Counted from the stretch's first letter, positions 28,793 to 40,497 are shown. The stretch: 64,000 bases of DNA from an uncultured Syntrophaceae bacterium (GCA_964628025.1 CAZVLL010000004.1:118416-182415), one strand, 5' to 3'. A program made the numbers and translations. Notes: generated from the sequence alone by a model not told the origin.

Positions 28793-30124
28793 ATGACCAA
28801 TATCAGAGACGCAAAAGATGTACAGAAATTTGTCAAGGACAAGAACGTCAGCTTCATTCAATTCTGGTTCACCGATGTCCTTGGAAAACTGAAAACCTTC
28901 AGCGTAACCCCGTCGGAACTCGAAGAGGGCATGGCGGAGGGAATGGGCTTCGATGGTTCCTCCATCGAGGGTTTCGCCCGCATCGAAGAGAGCGACATGA
29001 TCGCCATGCCGGACCCCAAGACGTTCCAGTTGATTCCCTGGCGTCCCAGCGACCGCCCCGTGGCACGCATGTTCTGTGACATCCTGAACCCCGACGGCAC
29101 CCCCTACATGGGCGACCCCCGCTACGCGCTGAAGAGAATCCTCGCCAAGATCGCCAAGCAGGGATACACCTTCTACGTGGGGCCCGAGCTGGAATATTTC
29201 TACTTCGCCAATGATAGCGAGCCCGAAATCCTCGACCAGGCCGGCTACTTCGACGGCCTTCCCACCGACCGCGGCACGGACCTGCGCCGCCAGACCATCT
29301 TCGCTCTTCAGAGCATGGGGATCCGCGTAGAGTACAGCCATCACGAAGTCGCCCCAAGCCAGCACGAGATCGATCTGCGCTACCTCGACGCCCTGACCAT
29401 GGCCGACACGGTCATGACCTACCGGGTGGCCGTAAAGGAGATCGCGCGGCAAAACGGCGTTTACGCCACCTTCATGCCGAAGCCGATTTTCGGTCAGAAC
29501 GGAAGCGGCATGCACGTTCATCAGTCGCTTTTCAAGGGCAGCAAGAATGCCTTCTTCGACGGAAAAGACAAATATCATCTCTCCGGTGTGGCCAAGCACT
29601 ACATCGCCGGAATCATGCGGCACGCCCGGGAGATGACGGCCATCACCAACCAATGGGTCAATTCCTACAAGCGTCTGGTGCCCGGTTATGAGGCGCCTGT
29701 GTATTGCGCCTGGGCACGCCGCAACCGCTCCGCCATGGTTCGCGTCCCCATGTACAAGCCCGGCAAGGAGAAGGCCACCCGTATCGAGTACCGCTCGCCC
29801 GATCCGACCTGCAATCCCTACCTGGCCTTTGCCGTCATGCTGGCGGCGGGTCTCAAGGGCATCGAATCCAAGTACGTTCTGCCCGAGCCAGTGGAGCATG
29901 ACATCTTCGAGATGGACGAGAAGGCGCGGGCCGCCGAGGGAATTACGTCTCTGCCGGGAAGCCTCTGGGAGGCCACGGAAGAGCTCAGGAAGAGCGTGCT
30001 GGTCAATGAGACGCTCGGGGACCACATCTTCGGCAAGTTCATTGCAAACAAGGAGAAGGAGTGGGACCTCTTCCGGACCCACGTGACCGACTTCGAAATC
30101 AGTCGCTATCTTCCCATGCTGTAA
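28793..30124 (+). CDS. glnA: Glutamine synthetase type I
   Basis: SD AAGGAGG; FDGSSIEG, GPELEYF, HHEVAPSQHEI, TFMPKP....NGSGMHVHQS, YKRLVPGYEAP, RIEYRSPD. Confidence 0.96.
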   Translation: MTNIRDAKDVQKFVKDKNVSFIQFWFTDVLGKLKTFSVTPSELEEGMAEGMGFDGSSIEGFARIEESDMIAMPDPKTFQLIPWRPSDRPVARMFCDILNPDGTPYMGDPRYALKRILAKIAKQGYTFYVGPELEYFYFANDSEPEILDQAGYFDGLPTDRGTDLRRQTIFALQSMGIRVEYSHHEVAPSQHEIDLRYLDALTMADTVMTYRVAVKEIARQNGVYATFMPKPIFGQNGSGMHVHQSLFKGSKNAFFDGKDKYHLSGVAKHYIAGIMRHAREMTAITNQWVNSYKRLVPGYEAPVYCAWARRNRSAMVRVPMYKPGKEKATRIEYRSPDPTCNPYLAFAVMLAAGLKGIESKYVLPEPVEHDIFEMDEKARAAEGITSLPGSLWEATEELRKSVLVNETLGDHIFGKFIANKEKEWDLFRTHVTDFEISRYLPML

Positions 30125-30128
30125 AGGC

Positions 30129-30165
30129 AAAGAAGGGGCAATCCGAACGGTTGCCCCTTCTTTTT
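30129..30165 (+). terminator. Rho-independent terminator after glnA
   Basis: AAAGAAGGGGCAA-TCCGAACGG-TTGCCCCTTCTTTTT. Confidence 0.85.
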
Positions 30166-30277
30166 CGATTCTCTTGGAAAACTAGAAGAATTCGAGTATA
30201 GTAATCGAGCGGGTGTGACCACTCGTCAGGGCGGTTCACCCGCATCGCCTTGTCTACAAACCCACGGAGTATTGAAC

Positions 30278-31423
30278 GTGCATCTTCTGAAGAAAAGACC
30301 CAGGGCTACGCTTGTTCTCGAGGACGGCAGCATTTACCGGGGCTATGCCTTCGCCTACGTGGGGGAGGCCATGGGAGAAGTCGTCTTCAACACGGGCATG
30401 ACGGGCTACCAAGAAATCCTTACGGACCCGTCCTACCAGGAACAAGTCGTGACGATGACCTACCCCCTCATCGGCAGCTACGGGATCAACCCCGAGGACA
30501 TGGAGTCCGCAAAGATCCACCTCGAAGGGTTCATCGTCAAAGAATACCAGCCCTTCCCCAGCAACTGGCGCTCCCGCATGACCCTGAAGGAGTTCCTCGA
30601 AGGGCACAAGAAGCTCGGCGTCGAGGGAATCGATACTCGGGCTCTCACCCGCCGAATCCGTATGGCCGGGGCCATGAAGGGAATCCTCTCGACAGAGACG
30701 GACGACACGCGGCTCCTGCTCGAAAAGGTCCGCGCTTACCCGGGACTCGTGGGAAGGGACCTCATTCCCCTCGTGACCTGCGAGAAACCCTATCTCTGGA
30801 AAGACAACGGCCCCCGCCCCATCGAACGGATGGAAAAGACGAAATCGCGCCTGCGCGTCGTCGTCATCGACTGCGGCGTGAAGTACAACATATTACGCAA
30901 TCTCGAAAAGCAGGGCTGCGACGTCATCGTCGTCCCGGCCCGGACGACGGCCCCGGAAATCCGGGCCTATGATCCGGATGGAGTGCTCTTGAGCAACGGC
31001 CCCGGAGACCCGGCCACCCTTCCCTACATCGTCGATACGGTCCGGCAGCTTCTGGGCCGAACGCCCATCTTCGGTATCTGCCTCGGGCACCAGATCCTGG
31101 GCCAGGCACTGGGCGGAACGACGGCCAAGCTCAAGTTCGGCCACCACGGGATCAACCAGCCTGCCAAGAACGTGAAGCACAACCAGGTCGAGATCACCTC
31201 GCAGAACCACGGGTTTATCGTCCTTCCGGAGTCGCTGAAAGGCATGCTCGAGAAGACGCACATGAATCTCAACGACGGCACCCTCGAGGGTCTCTCTGTC
31301 CCGGGGAAAATGGCCTTCAGCGTTCAGTACCACCCCGAAGCGGCGCCCGGCCCCCAGGACGCGAATTATCTCTTTACGGAATTCACCGACCTCATGCGGA
31401 GAGAGAAACGCAAAGATGCCTAA
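30278..31423 (+). CDS. carA: Carbamoyl-phosphate synthase small subunit
   Basis: [47 protein letters not shown]; GTG 30278 after GGAG. Confidence 0.95.
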   Translation: MHLLKKRPRATLVLEDGSIYRGYAFAYVGEAMGEVVFNTGMTGYQEILTDPSYQEQVVTMTYPLIGSYGINPEDMESAKIHLEGFIVKEYQPFPSNWRSRMTLKEFLEGHKKLGVEGIDTRALTRRIRMAGAMKGILSTETDDTRLLLEKVRAYPGLVGRDLIPLVTCEKPYLWKDNGPRPIERMEKTKSRLRVVVIDCGVKYNILRNLEKQGCDVIVVPARTTAPEIRAYDPDGVLLSNGPGDPATLPYIVDTVRQLLGRTPIFGICLGHQILGQALGGTTAKLKFGHHGINQPAKNVKHNQVEITSQNHGFIVLPESLKGMLEKTHMNLNDGTLEGLSVPGKMAFSVQYHPEAAPGPQDANYLFTEFTDLMRREKRKDA

Positions 31424-34400
31424 GCGTACCGATCTGAAGAAAATCCTCATCATCGGCTCGGGGCCTATCATCATCAGCCAGGCCTGCGAGTTCGACTATT
31501 CGGGTACCCAGGCCTGCAAGGCCCTTCGGGAGGAGGGTTACGAAGTCATCCTCATCAACTCGAACCCGGCCACGATCATGACGGACCCCGAGATGGCCGA
31601 CAGGACCTATGTGGAGCCGATCACGCCGGAGGCCGTGGCCAAGATCATCGAAAAAGAACGGCCCGACGCCATCCTTCCCACCCTCGGAGGCCAGACAGGC
31701 CTCAATACCGCAGTGGGTGTGGCCAAGCTGGGTGTACTGGAAAAGTACGGCGTCGAGCTCATCGGAGCCTCTCTGGAAGTCATCCACAAGGCCGAGGACC
31801 GGGAGAAGTTCCGCGACGCCATGGAGAAAATCGGCCTGAGGGTCCCCTGCAGCGGCTTCGCCCGAAGCCTGGATGATGTGCTCAAGGTCGCAAACGAGAT
31901 TGGCTTCCCCATCATCATCCGCCCCTCCTTCACCCTGGGAGGCACCGGCGGAGGCGTGGCCTACAACCGCGAGGACCTGCTCGATATCGCCAAGCAGGGA
32001 CTCGACGCCAGCATGATCGGCGAGATCATGCTCGAGGAGTCCGTCCTCGGCTGGAAAGAATACGAGCTCGAGGTGATGCGCGACAGGGCCGACAACGTCG
32101 TCATCATCTGCTCCATCGAGAACTTCGATGCCATGGGAGTGCACACCGGTGACTCCATCACTGTGGCGCCCGCCCAGACGCTTACCGACGTGGAATACCA
32201 GGAGATGCGGAACGCTTCCATCGCCATCATGCGCGAGATCGGCGTCGAGACGGGCGGCTCGAACGTCCAGTTCGCCGTCAACCCGAAAAACGGCGAGATG
32301 GTCGTCGTCGAGATGAACCCACGCGTGTCGCGCTCCTCGGCTCTCGCCTCGAAGGCCACGGGTTTCCCCATCGCCAAGATCGCCGCGAAGCTCGCCGTCG
32401 GCTATACGCTCGACGAAATCCCCAACGACATCACCCGCGAGACGATGGCCTCCTTCGAGCCCACGATCGACTACGTCGTCACAAAGATCCCACGATGGAC
32501 CTTCGAGAAGTTCCCCGAGACAGAGGACATCCTCACGACGTCCATGAAGTCCGTCGGCGAGACCATGGCCATCGGCCGGACCTTCAAGGAGTCCCTCCAG
32601 AAGGCCGTCCGGTCCCTCGAGATCGGGCGCTTCGGCCTGCTGCAGCAGCTTCCCCCCGATATCGCAAGCGCCGAAGAGTTTCTGATCCCCAAGCTGACGA
32701 CGCCCAACTCGCAACGGCTATTCTACATCGCCACGGCCATCCAGTGCGGCATGTCCATCGAGGATATCTCGCGCTACACCTACGTCGACCCGTGGTTTCT
32801 TTATCACGTCAAGGAAATCGTGGAGTCCGAAAACGCCTTCCGGGTCCTTTCGCCCTCGGCAGAGACGCTTCGCGAGGCGAAGGCGCTGGGGTTTTCCGAC
32901 CGCTACCTGGCACAGCTCTGGAACAAGACGGAACAGCAGATCCGGGACCTGCGCATGCAGCACAAGGTGGTTCCCGTTTACAAGCTCGTCGACACCTGCG
33001 CGGCCGAATTCGAGGCCTACACACCCTACTACTACTCCACCTACGAAACCGAGGACGAGTCTCGGCCGTCGAGCCGAAAAAAAGTTGTTATCCTCGGCAG
33101 CGGCCCCAACCGGATAGGCCAGGGCATCGAATTCGACTATTGCTGCGTCCACGCCTCCTTCGCCCTGCGCGAGGAAGGCTTTGAGAGCATCATGGTGAAC
33201 TCCAACCCCGAGACCGTCTCGACGGACTACGATACATCGGACAAGCTCTATTTCGAGCCCCTGACCCTGGAAGACGTTCTCCACATCCTCAAGGCGGAAG
33301 ACCCCTTCGGGGTGATCGTTCAGTTCGGCGGCCAGACGCCTCTCAACCTTGCACGGGGCCTTGCCGCGGCAGGCGCGCCCATCTTGGGAACGTCCCCGGA
33401 AGCGATCGACCGTGCCGAGGACCGGGAGCGCTTCGGCGACATCGTCCGCAAGCTCAAGCTCAACCAGCCCGACAACGACAACGTGACGAACGTCGAGGCC
33501 GCCCTGAAGGCGGCCGAGCGGATCGGCTATCCCGTACTGGTCCGCCCCTCCTACGTGCTCGGCGGGCGCGCCATGGAGATCGTCTACGACGCGGCCATGC
33601 TCCGGGAGTATATGGATCGGGCGCTTCTGATTTCACCGGATCATCCGATCCTGATCGACAAGTTTCTCGGCGATGCCGTGGAACTCGACGTGGATGCCAT
33701 CAGCGACGGGAATCTTACGGTCATCGGCGGGATCATGGAGCACATCGAAGAGGCCGGCATCCACTCGGGCGACAGCGCCTGCGTGCTGCCCGCCTTCTCT
33801 TTCTCGCCGGAGCTTTTGGACACGATCGAGCGCCAAACCAAGATGCTCGCCGCGGAGCTGGGCGTCGTGGGGCTCATGAACATCCAGTATGCCATCAAGG
33901 ACGGTGTCCTGTACGTCCTCGAAGTCAATCCCCGGGCCTCCCGGACGGTTCCTTTCGTGTCAAAGGCCATCGGCGTGCCCCTGGCGAAGCTCGCCACAAA
34001 GGTCATGCTCGGCCGATCGCTTGCGGATCTGGGTTTCACCGAGAAAGTCTGGCCCAAACACGTTTCGGTGAAGGAGTCCGTCTTCCCCTTCAATCGCTTC
34101 CCCAACGCCGATGTCATTCTGGGGCCGGAGATGAAATCAACGGGAGAGGTGATGGGAATAGACCGCTCCTTCGGGATGGCCTTTGCAAAATCCCAGATGG
34201 CCGCAGGATTTCAGCTTCCCCTGAAGGGAAACGTCTTCGTCAGTGTACACGACCATCACAAGGAAAGCATGGTCCCCATTGCGAGGTCCCTGCGGGACAT
34301 GGGCTTCCGGATCCTTGCCACGAGGGGAACGGCTGCATATCTTAAGAGAAACGGCATTGTCTCCGAGGCGATCTGCAAGGTCAGCGAAGGTCGGCCGCAC

Positions 34401-34703
34401 GTCGTCGACTTCATCAAGAACGGAAGCATTCATCTCGTCATCAACACCGTTCTGGGCCGGCGGTCTTCGCTGGATTCCTACCACATCCGCCGAGGGGCGT
34501 TGACGTACGGCATCCCCTACACGACGACCATCGCCGGGGCCAGAGCCGTGAGCGAAGCCATCCGGGCTCTCCAGAAGGAAGAATGGCAGGTCCGCCCGCT
34601 ACAGGAGTACTACAAGGTTCAGAAAGCAGGCGGCCCGTCGAAGCAAACCGGAAAAAGGCAGCCGCAAGGAGCCCCCAAGAAGGGCACGAAGCGAAACACC
34701 TGA
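31416..34703 (+). CDS. carB: Carbamoyl-phosphate synthase large subunit
   Basis: [28 protein letters not shown], duplicated ATP-grasp halves, [12 protein letters not shown] domain. Confidence 0.97.
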   Translation: MPKRTDLKKILIIGSGPIIISQACEFDYSGTQACKALREEGYEVILINSNPATIMTDPEMADRTYVEPITPEAVAKIIEKERPDAILPTLGGQTGLNTAVGVAKLGVLEKYGVELIGASLEVIHKAEDREKFRDAMEKIGLRVPCSGFARSLDDVLKVANEIGFPIIIRPSFTLGGTGGGVAYNREDLLDIAKQGLDASMIGEIMLEESVLGWKEYELEVMRDRADNVVIICSIENFDAMGVHTGDSITVAPAQTLTDVEYQEMRNASIAIMREIGVETGGSNVQFAVNPKNGEMVVVEMNPRVSRSSALASKATGFPIAKIAAKLAVGYTLDEIPNDITRETMASFEPTIDYVVTKIPRWTFEKFPETEDILTTSMKSVGETMAIGRTFKESLQKAVRSLEIGRFGLLQQLPPDIASAEEFLIPKLTTPNSQRLFYIATAIQCGMSIEDISRYTYVDPWFLYHVKEIVESENAFRVLSPSAETLREAKALGFSDRYLAQLWNKTEQQIRDLRMQHKVVPVYKLVDTCAAEFEAYTPYYYSTYETEDESRPSSRKKVVILGSGPNRIGQGIEFDYCCVHASFALREEGFESIMVNSNPETVSTDYDTSDKLYFEPLTLEDVLHILKAEDPFGVIVQFGGQTPLNLARGLAAAGAPILGTSPEAIDRAEDRERFGDIVRKLKLNQPDNDNVTNVEAALKAAERIGYPVLVRPSYVLGGRAMEIVYDAAMLREYMDRALLISPDHPILIDKFLGDAVELDVDAISDGNLTVIGGIMEHIEEAGIHSGDSACVLPAFSFSPELLDTIERQTKMLAAELGVVGLMNIQYAIKDGVLYVLEVNPRASRTVPFVSKAIGVPLAKLATKVMLGRSLADLGFTEKVWPKHVSVKESVFPFNRFPNADVILGPEMKSTGEVMGIDRSFGMAFAKSQMAAGFQLPLKGNVFVSVHDHHKESMVPIARSLRDMGFRILATRGTAAYLKRNGIVSEAICKVSEGRPHVVDFIKNGSIHLVINTVLGRRSSLDSYHIRRGALTYGIPYTTTIAGARAVSEAIRALQKEEWQVRPLQEYYKVQKAGGPSKQTGKRQPQGAPKKGTKRNT

Positions 34704-34750
34704 TGACGACATCGGGCAGGCAGCAAGGCAAAGGGATCGGGATACCCCAT

Positions 34751-36208
34751 ATGTTCAGCAACTGGATGAACGACGACGGACCGCGCGAGGAGTGCGGTAT
34801 CTTCGCCGTGCACGGCCACGAACAGGCAGCGAGATTGACCTACTTCGGACTCTTCGCGCTGCAACACCGCGGCCAGGAAAGCGCCGGCATCACCACGGCA
34901 GACGGCAAGACCGTTCACGAGCACAAGGGGATGGGCCTCGTCTCCGAAGTCTTCCACGAAAATACACTGCAGAAGCTCCATGGTCACATGGCCATCGGTC
35001 ATGTCCGCTATTCGACCACCGGGTCCTCGACCCTGTCCAACGCCCAACCCTTTCTGGTCCATCATGCCGGTGAGCCCTACGCCCTGGGGCACAACGGAAA
35101 CCTCATCAATGCACAGCAGCTACGCTCTCAGCTCGAGAAACAGGGCTCCATTTTCCAGTCTACCATGGACAGCGAGATCATTGTTCATCTCATGGCCCAT
35201 CATCTCCGAAACGGATTCGAGGATTCTCTGGTGAAGGCGCTCGGAAAGGTGAAGGGGTCGTACTGCCTGGTGATGCTGACGAAGGACAAGGTCATCGCCG
35301 CCCGGGATCCCCGGGGATTCCGACCCCTGGCCATCGGGAAACTGGGAGAGGCCTATATCGTTGCCTCGGAGACCTGTGCCTTCGATCTGCTGGGAGCGAC
35401 CTACGTCCGGGACGTCGATCCGGGCGAGATCGTCATCATAGACAGCTCCGGACTCAAAAGCCTCAAGCCCTTCCGAAAAGTCCGACCCGCCCATTGCATC
35501 TTCGAGCTCGTTTACTTCGCACGGCCCGACAGCCACATCTTCGGCCAGAATGTCTATCTCTGCCGCAAACGCTTCGGCCGTCAGCTCGCTCGCGAGTATC
35601 ACCCGGACGTGGACCTCGTTATGCCCTTCCCCGACTCCGGAAACTATGCAGCCCTGGGTTACGCCGAGGAAAGCCGCCTGCCGTTCGAGATGGGCATGAT
35701 CCGCAACCACTACGTGGGCCGCACCTTCATCCAGCCATCCCAGGCGATCCGCGATTTCGGCGTTCGCGTGAAGCTCAACCCCGTAAAACCCCTGCTCCAG
35801 GGAAAGCGCGTCCTCATCGTCGAGGATTCCATTATCCGGGGCACCACGAGCCGGAATCGAATCCGCAATCTGCGGCAGATCGGGGTGAAGGAAATCCACA
35901 TGGCCATCAGCTGCCCGCCCACGATCCATCCCTGCCCCTTTGGCATCGATTTTTCCTCGAAGGGGGAACTGATCGCCGCGGAAAAGGGTTCGGCCGAGGC
36001 AATCGCCCGTTTCATCGGCCTGGATTCCCTCTATTACCTCAGTATCAAGGGCATGGTCGAGGCCACGGGAATGGATCCCCGGAGTTTCTGTCTGGCCTGT
36101 TATTCCGGGAAATATCCCGTTCCCGTCGACGAGGAGCTCGATAAGTTCTGCCTGGAGGACCGGGCAACCTGCGACACGCAGCAGGATGATCTCCCCTTCA
36201 TCTCGTGA
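34751..36208 (+). CDS. purF: Amidophosphoribosyltransferase
   Basis: REECGIF, LQHRGQESAG, GHVRYST, HNGN, CIFELVYFARPDS, VEDSIIRGTTS; start approximate. Confidence 0.95.
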   Translation: MFSNWMNDDGPREECGIFAVHGHEQAARLTYFGLFALQHRGQESAGITTADGKTVHEHKGMGLVSEVFHENTLQKLHGHMAIGHVRYSTTGSSTLSNAQPFLVHHAGEPYALGHNGNLINAQQLRSQLEKQGSIFQSTMDSEIIVHLMAHHLRNGFEDSLVKALGKVKGSYCLVMLTKDKVIAARDPRGFRPLAIGKLGEAYIVASETCAFDLLGATYVRDVDPGEIVIIDSSGLKSLKPFRKVRPAHCIFELVYFARPDSHIFGQNVYLCRKRFGRQLAREYHPDVDLVMPFPDSGNYAALGYAEESRLPFEMGMIRNHYVGRTFIQPSQAIRDFGVRVKLNPVKPLLQGKRVLIVEDSIIRGTTSRNRIRNLRQIGVKEIHMAISCPPTIHPCPFGIDFSSKGELIAAEKGSAEAIARFIGLDSLYYLSIKGMVEATGMDPRSFCLACYSGKYPVPVDEELDKFCLEDRATCDTQQDDLPFIS

Positions 36209-36339
36209 CGGGCTGTTGAAACAGGCTCCTGCCCCGCATACATCGAACCTCTTGTTCCCATCTCTGAGCAGGATCGCTTTATCCATTCAATCCGCAACGC
36301 ATGATATTGTTCGCCCAATGTATTTATTCTCGCTATCTA

Positions 36340-36451
36340 TACAACCTTGTACAACTATCCATTAATTATACAATTGTGTATATCTCATCGAACGATACCA
36401 TTTGGCATCTTATTGATATATTTCATGTTTTGTGGTGGCCGGGGAATTGCA
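36340..36451 (+). promoter_or_regulatory. Paired boxes plus sigma54 promoter of amtB-PII operon 1
   Basis: TACAACCTTGTA 36340-36351, TACAATTGTGTA 36369-36380; TGGCCGGGGAATTGCA 36436-36451 (GG-N10-GC). Confidence 0.7.
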
Positions 36452-36488
36452 ATCTGTTCTGTAATTCATGATTGGGGGACGGGACATC

Positions 36489-37715
36489 ATGGTTCATCAA
36501 ATCAACGCGGGCGATACAGCCTGGATTCTGGTCTGCTGTTCCCTTGTGCTGCTCATGACACCGGCACTGGCGCTGTTTTACGGCGGGATGGTGCGGCGGA
36601 AAAACGTTCTTTCCACATTGACGCTGAGCTACATCTTCATGGCCCTCATCGGGGTGCAATGGGTCGCTTACGGATACTCCCTTGCCTTCGGCACGTCCAT
36701 CCACGGATGGATCGGGGGCCTGAACTTCATCGGGTTTCAGGGGGTGGATGCCCTGCCCAATGCGGACTACAGCAAAACGATTCCTCATGGGCTCTTCGCC
36801 GCCTTCCAGATGATGTTTGCCGTTATCACGCCGGCCCTGATCACCGGCGCCTTCGTGGAGCGGGTCAAGTTCAAAGGCTTTCTGCTGTTCAGCCTGCTCT
36901 GGGCGACGCTCGTCTATGATCCCCTTTGCCATTGGGTCTGGGGTCAAGGCGGCTGGCTGAAAAACCTGGGGGTCCTTGATTTTGCGGGCGGGACGGTCGT
37001 GCACATCGCAGCCGGTTTTTCCGCCCTCGCATTTGCCCTGGTGATCGGGCCACGCAAGGGTTTCGGCAAGTCCCCCATGGAGCCGAATAATATCCCCCTG
37101 ACGGTTCTGGGGGCCGGACTGCTATGGGTGGGCTGGTTCGGCTTTAACGCAGGTTCTGCCCTGGCCGCTAACGGTGTGGCCGTCAATGCCCTTCTGACCA
37201 CGAACACCTCGGCGGCGACGGCCGGCCTGGTCTGGATGGTTCTCTCCTGGCTCGACGGTCGGCCCAGCACGTTGGGAATCGCAACAGGGATGGTGGTCGG
37301 CCTGGCGGCTGTGACCCCGGCTTCGGGTTACATCACGCCGATGGCATCCATGCTGGTCGGGGCCGTCGCGGCACCGCTGTCTTATTATGCGATGCGCTTC
37401 CGGGACCGCCGCAAACTCGATGAGTCCCTCGATGTATGGGCATGTCACGGAATTGCCAGCACGTGGGGCATGATCGCCGCCGGTCTTTTCGCAACCGTCT
37501 CCGTTAACAGCGACGGTGCCAACGGCCTGTTCTTCGGCAACCCCGGACAGATCGGGATCCAGATCCTGGCCATCGTCGTCACCATGGTCTTTTCATTCGG
37601 GATGACCTTTTTGCTGGCCAAGGCGCTCAACGCGAGTATCGGATTGCGGGTGAGTCCCATGGAGGAGGAGGTCGGACTGGATATCAGTTCCCACGGGGAA
37701 CGATCGTATTCATAA
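36489..37715 (+). CDS. amtB: Ammonium transporter 1
   Basis: LMTPALALFYGG, FQMMFA, DFAGGTVVH, GWFGFNAGS, DVWACHG, GLDISSHGE. Confidence 0.95.
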   Translation: MVHQINAGDTAWILVCCSLVLLMTPALALFYGGMVRRKNVLSTLTLSYIFMALIGVQWVAYGYSLAFGTSIHGWIGGLNFIGFQGVDALPNADYSKTIPHGLFAAFQMMFAVITPALITGAFVERVKFKGFLLFSLLWATLVYDPLCHWVWGQGGWLKNLGVLDFAGGTVVHIAAGFSALAFALVIGPRKGFGKSPMEPNNIPLTVLGAGLLWVGWFGFNAGSALAANGVAVNALLTTNTSAATAGLVWMVLSWLDGRPSTLGIATGMVVGLAAVTPASGYITPMASMLVGAVAAPLSYYAMRFRDRRKLDESLDVWACHGIASTWGMIAAGLFATVSVNSDGANGLFFGNPGQIGIQILAIVVTMVFSFGMTFLLAKALNASIGLRVSPMEEEVGLDISSHGERSYS

Positions 37716-37773
37716 TCCTGCGCGCCGGATAGAATGGCCATCGCAGGCAATCCCTTCTTTTGGAGATTGACCC

Positions 37774-38160
37774 ATGCTGAAAAAAATCGAAGCGATCATT
37801 CGTGAAGACAAGGTCAACGATGTCGTGGACGCCCTGGCCGAAATCGGCATTGTGGGATTGAACATCTTTGAAGTGCGTGGCCACGGCCGCCAGGGAGGAA
37901 TCTCGCTTGTGGGCCGGGCCGGAACCTACCAGGTCAACATGCTGCCGAAAATCCAGGTCAACATCGTCCTGAGCGACCGCAACCTCGAGGCCGCCATCGA
38001 CGCCGTTCTCAACTCAGCCCGGACCGGGGAGCCCGGGGACGGTCTAATCTTTGTCTGTCCCGTGGACGAGGTGATTCGCATCCGGACGCGCGAGCGAGGC
38101 CAGGATGCCATGATGTATCCTGACGATATCGACGAAAAGAAGAAACGGAGTAAAGGGTGA
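37774..38160 (+). CDS. glnK: PII nitrogen regulatory protein 1 (divergent T-loop, C-terminal extension)
   Basis: GHGRQG, LPK, ARTGEPGDGLIFV, RIRT; follows amtB. Confidence 0.88.
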   Translation: MLKKIEAIIREDKVNDVVDALAEIGIVGLNIFEVRGHGRQGGISLVGRAGTYQVNMLPKIQVNIVLSDRNLEAAIDAVLNSARTGEPGDGLIFVCPVDEVIRIRTRERGQDAMMYPDDIDEKKKRSKG

Positions 38161-38185
38161 GAAGACCATCCATTGCCTTGCACGG

Positions 38186-38902
38186 CTATTTGGCCGACAG
38201 GCCGTGAGCGGCTGAATCCCTCATTTCGTAATCCCCGTTCCGTCTCATCGCCCTGTAGATATCCAGAGTAATTTCTTTCGATAATGTTTCCATGGCCTTG
38301 CTCATGGACCGGGCCAGGGATTCGGCGCCTTGATTTTGCATGACCTGGACGGAGCGATAGTTTTTCTGGAACACCGTCCGGTCATGGGTATCCGGTCTGC
38401 TCGCTTTGAGGAGGGTCACATTCAGGGCAAGGACGGCATGGCTTCCGTTGCTGTCTTCCAGTTCGTACATTTCTTCGATGACGCCGCCAAGGTCATACAT
38501 GCCATTCTCCGCATCACCGGAAGAAAATACGCCTCTGAACAGGCCCGCGACTTTCAAATCGCGCAGGAGCAGATCCGATATCATGACGGACGGCTTGACC
38601 TTCCAGCGATGATAGGCGTCGTCGCCATACACAAAAGGTCTTGAACGGTACACCATGGACGTGGTGTTGAAGGTGCGGACGATAGAAAGAGGCTCTACCC
38701 GGATCGAGTCGTTTACAGGCTCCATCTCTTTGAATGCAGGGGCCGAATATTCCAGTGCGTAGTGACGGACGGAACCGGTGGATTTCCCGCCGGCCGCGCA
38801 CCCGCTCAGGAGGATCATTGCCGAACACAGACCCAATGCAAAACAGCGGATCATCAGGGCAGCGGGGAAAAGCCCCATTTTCCGGAACGTCCCTGTTCTC
38901 AT
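38186..38902 (-). CDS. ABC transport auxiliary lipoprotein (PqiC-like)
   Basis: Lipobox LSGC, YALEY, YHRWKVKPSVMI; last gene of MCE operon. Confidence 0.75.
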   Translation of the reverse strand: MRTGTFRKMGLFPAALMIRCFALGLCSAMILLSGCAAGGKSTGSVRHYALEYSAPAFKEMEPVNDSIRVEPLSIVRTFNTTSMVYRSRPFVYGDDAYHRWKVKPSVMISDLLLRDLKVAGLFRGVFSSGDAENGMYDLGGVIEEMYELEDSNGSHAVLALNVTLLKASRPDTHDRTVFQKNYRSVQVMQNQGAESLARSMSKAMETLSKEITLDIYRAMRRNGDYEMRDSAAHGLSAK

Positions 38903-39717
38903 GGCGCGGCCTCCCGGTGTGGTCTGGGGGAAGGCGCGCTGCTGAAGAGGATTTCCGACGGGTCCGCCTGAATCCTTTCAACGAACACCTCGAGATTTTC
39001 CGAGACCTGGCGGAGGTTCTCCGCGGTGATTTTCAAATCGGCGGAGATCCTGCGGGAATCCTTCTCCAGCCCTTCAAGGGTTTTCTGAGCCTGTCCTGAG
39101 GTTTCTTTCAGCTTCAGGCCGTCAAATTCGGTCCGGATGCCTTTCAGGGCAGTGCGCGCTTCCGCAATGGTCTCCCTCGTGCTGCTCAGGATTTCGTCTA
39201 CACCGCCTGTCGCCAGCAACCGGTCCGTGTGGCGGAAGGTCTTGTCGAGGTGGACCGTCGCGGATTCCAGCCTGTTGAGAACCTGTTTTGTCCTGGACGG
39301 GCGTGACGGGATGAGGGGATAAGGCGGATGGTGTCCCGGAGGAGCCGCGTCCAGAATCTCATCCTCTTTCTTTCGATCGAGGTCGATGAACACGATGCCG
39401 GTCAGTCCCGCCAGTTTCAATTCCGCACAGATATCGTTGCCCAGGCGTTCATTCACATTCAGCTTCATGACGACTTCGACCATGGCACTTGCCAGCTCCA
39501 CGCCGATCCTCTCGACCCTCCCGATGTTGACCCCCCTCAATTTCACACTGGAATCGGGGTTCAGCCCCTGGACGGATTCATCAAAATAGGTCACATAGGA
39601 CTTCCCGCCTTCAAAGAATTTCGAGGCGCCCAGCCACACGGTCGCGCCCACACCGATCACAGAACCGAGCATCACGAACAGTCCGAGCCAGATCTTCGAT
39701 GTCTTTTTCTTGGCCAT
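38899..39717 (-). CDS. MCE/MlaD family substrate-binding protein
   Basis: N-terminal TM, YFDESVQGL..DSSVKLRGVNIGRV, GLTGIVFIDL, helical tail. Confidence 0.88.
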   Translation of the reverse strand: MAKKKTSKIWLGLFVMLGSVIGVGATVWLGASKFFEGGKSYVTYFDESVQGLNPDSSVKLRGVNIGRVERIGVELASAMVEVVMKLNVNERLGNDICAELKLAGLTGIVFIDLDRKKEDEILDAAPPGHHPPYPLIPSRPSRTKQVLNRLESATVHLDKTFRHTDRLLATGGVDEILSSTRETIAEARTALKGIRTEFDGLKLKETSGQAQKTLEGLEKDSRRISADLKITAENLRQVSENLEVFVERIQADPSEILFSSAPSPRPHREAAP

Positions 39718-39720
39718 GTC

Positions 39721-40497
39721 TCAGGCGCCTCTACCGGGTCCCCTGTTGAAGAAATCAATGACCCTCGGGTCGGAGGCGCTTTCCCGCATGACTCGCGGGT
39801 CGCCCTCTGCGATGATCCCCCGGGCTTCTTTGTCCAGCATAATGATCCTATCGGCAATATCCAGGATCGAATTTAATTCATGGCTCACGATAATCATGGT
39901 CGTCCCCATGCCGGCATTGATGTCCTTCACGAGGCGGTCCAGTCCTGCCGAGGTCACCGGGTCCAGGCCCGCCGAAAGCTCATCCAGGAAAAGAATCTGC
40001 GGGTCGAGCGCCATGGCCCGTGCAATGCCGGCGCGCTTCTTCATCCCTCCTGATATCTCCGACGGAAGGCTATCCTCGTAGCCGGACAGATTGACCAGGC
40101 GGAGTTTCATCCTGACGATCTCATCGACAAAGTCCGGAGGAATGTCGGTATGTTCCAGCAGGGGAAGTGCGATATTCTCCGCCAGGGTCATCGATCCGAT
40201 CAAAGCACCGGACTGGAAAAGCACGCCAAACCTCTTTTTTGCCTGGAGCAGCGCGTCTTCATCGGCCGAGACCAGGTCCGTATCCTCGATGGAGACCCTG
40301 CCGTGATCGGGACGGTAGAGCCCGGTCATGCACTTGAGCAGCGTGGATTTCCCGCAACCGCTCTCCCCGACAATCACGAAGATCTCCCCCCGGAGCACCC
40401 GGAGGCTTACGTCTTCCAGAACGTGGTTGTCTCTGTAGTAGGCGGAGATTCCTTCCACTTCAACGACAGGCCGTTCTGACCCCCCCATTCCTTTCAT
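39721..40497 (-). CDS. MlaF-like ABC transporter ATP-binding protein
   Basis: GESGCGKST, FQSGAL, ISGGMKKRAGIARAMALDP, FLDE, SHEL. Confidence 0.9.
   Translation of the reverse strand: MKGMGGSERPVVEVEGISAYYRDNHVLEDVSLRVLRGEIFVIVGESGCGKSTLLKCMTGLYRPDHGRVSIEDTDLVSADEDALLQAKKRFGVLFQSGALIGSMTLAENIALPLLEHTDIPPDFVDEIVRMKLRLVNLSGYEDSLPSEISGGMKKRAGIARAMALDPQILFLDELSAGLDPVTSAGLDRLVKDINAGMGTTMIIVSHELNSILDIADRIIMLDKEARGIIAEGDPRVMRESASDPRVIDFFNRGPGRGA

Noticed and set aside
28736-30130. Long antisense ORFs over glnA (also over carB, purF, malQ, trpS and others)
   Set aside because: Shadow ORFs of GC-rich coding sequence with no recognisable motifs.
36402-36417. TTGGCATCTTATTGAT as the amtB1 sigma54 promoter
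   Set aside because: Spacing is GG-N9-GA; a correct GG-N10-GC site lies at 36436-36451.
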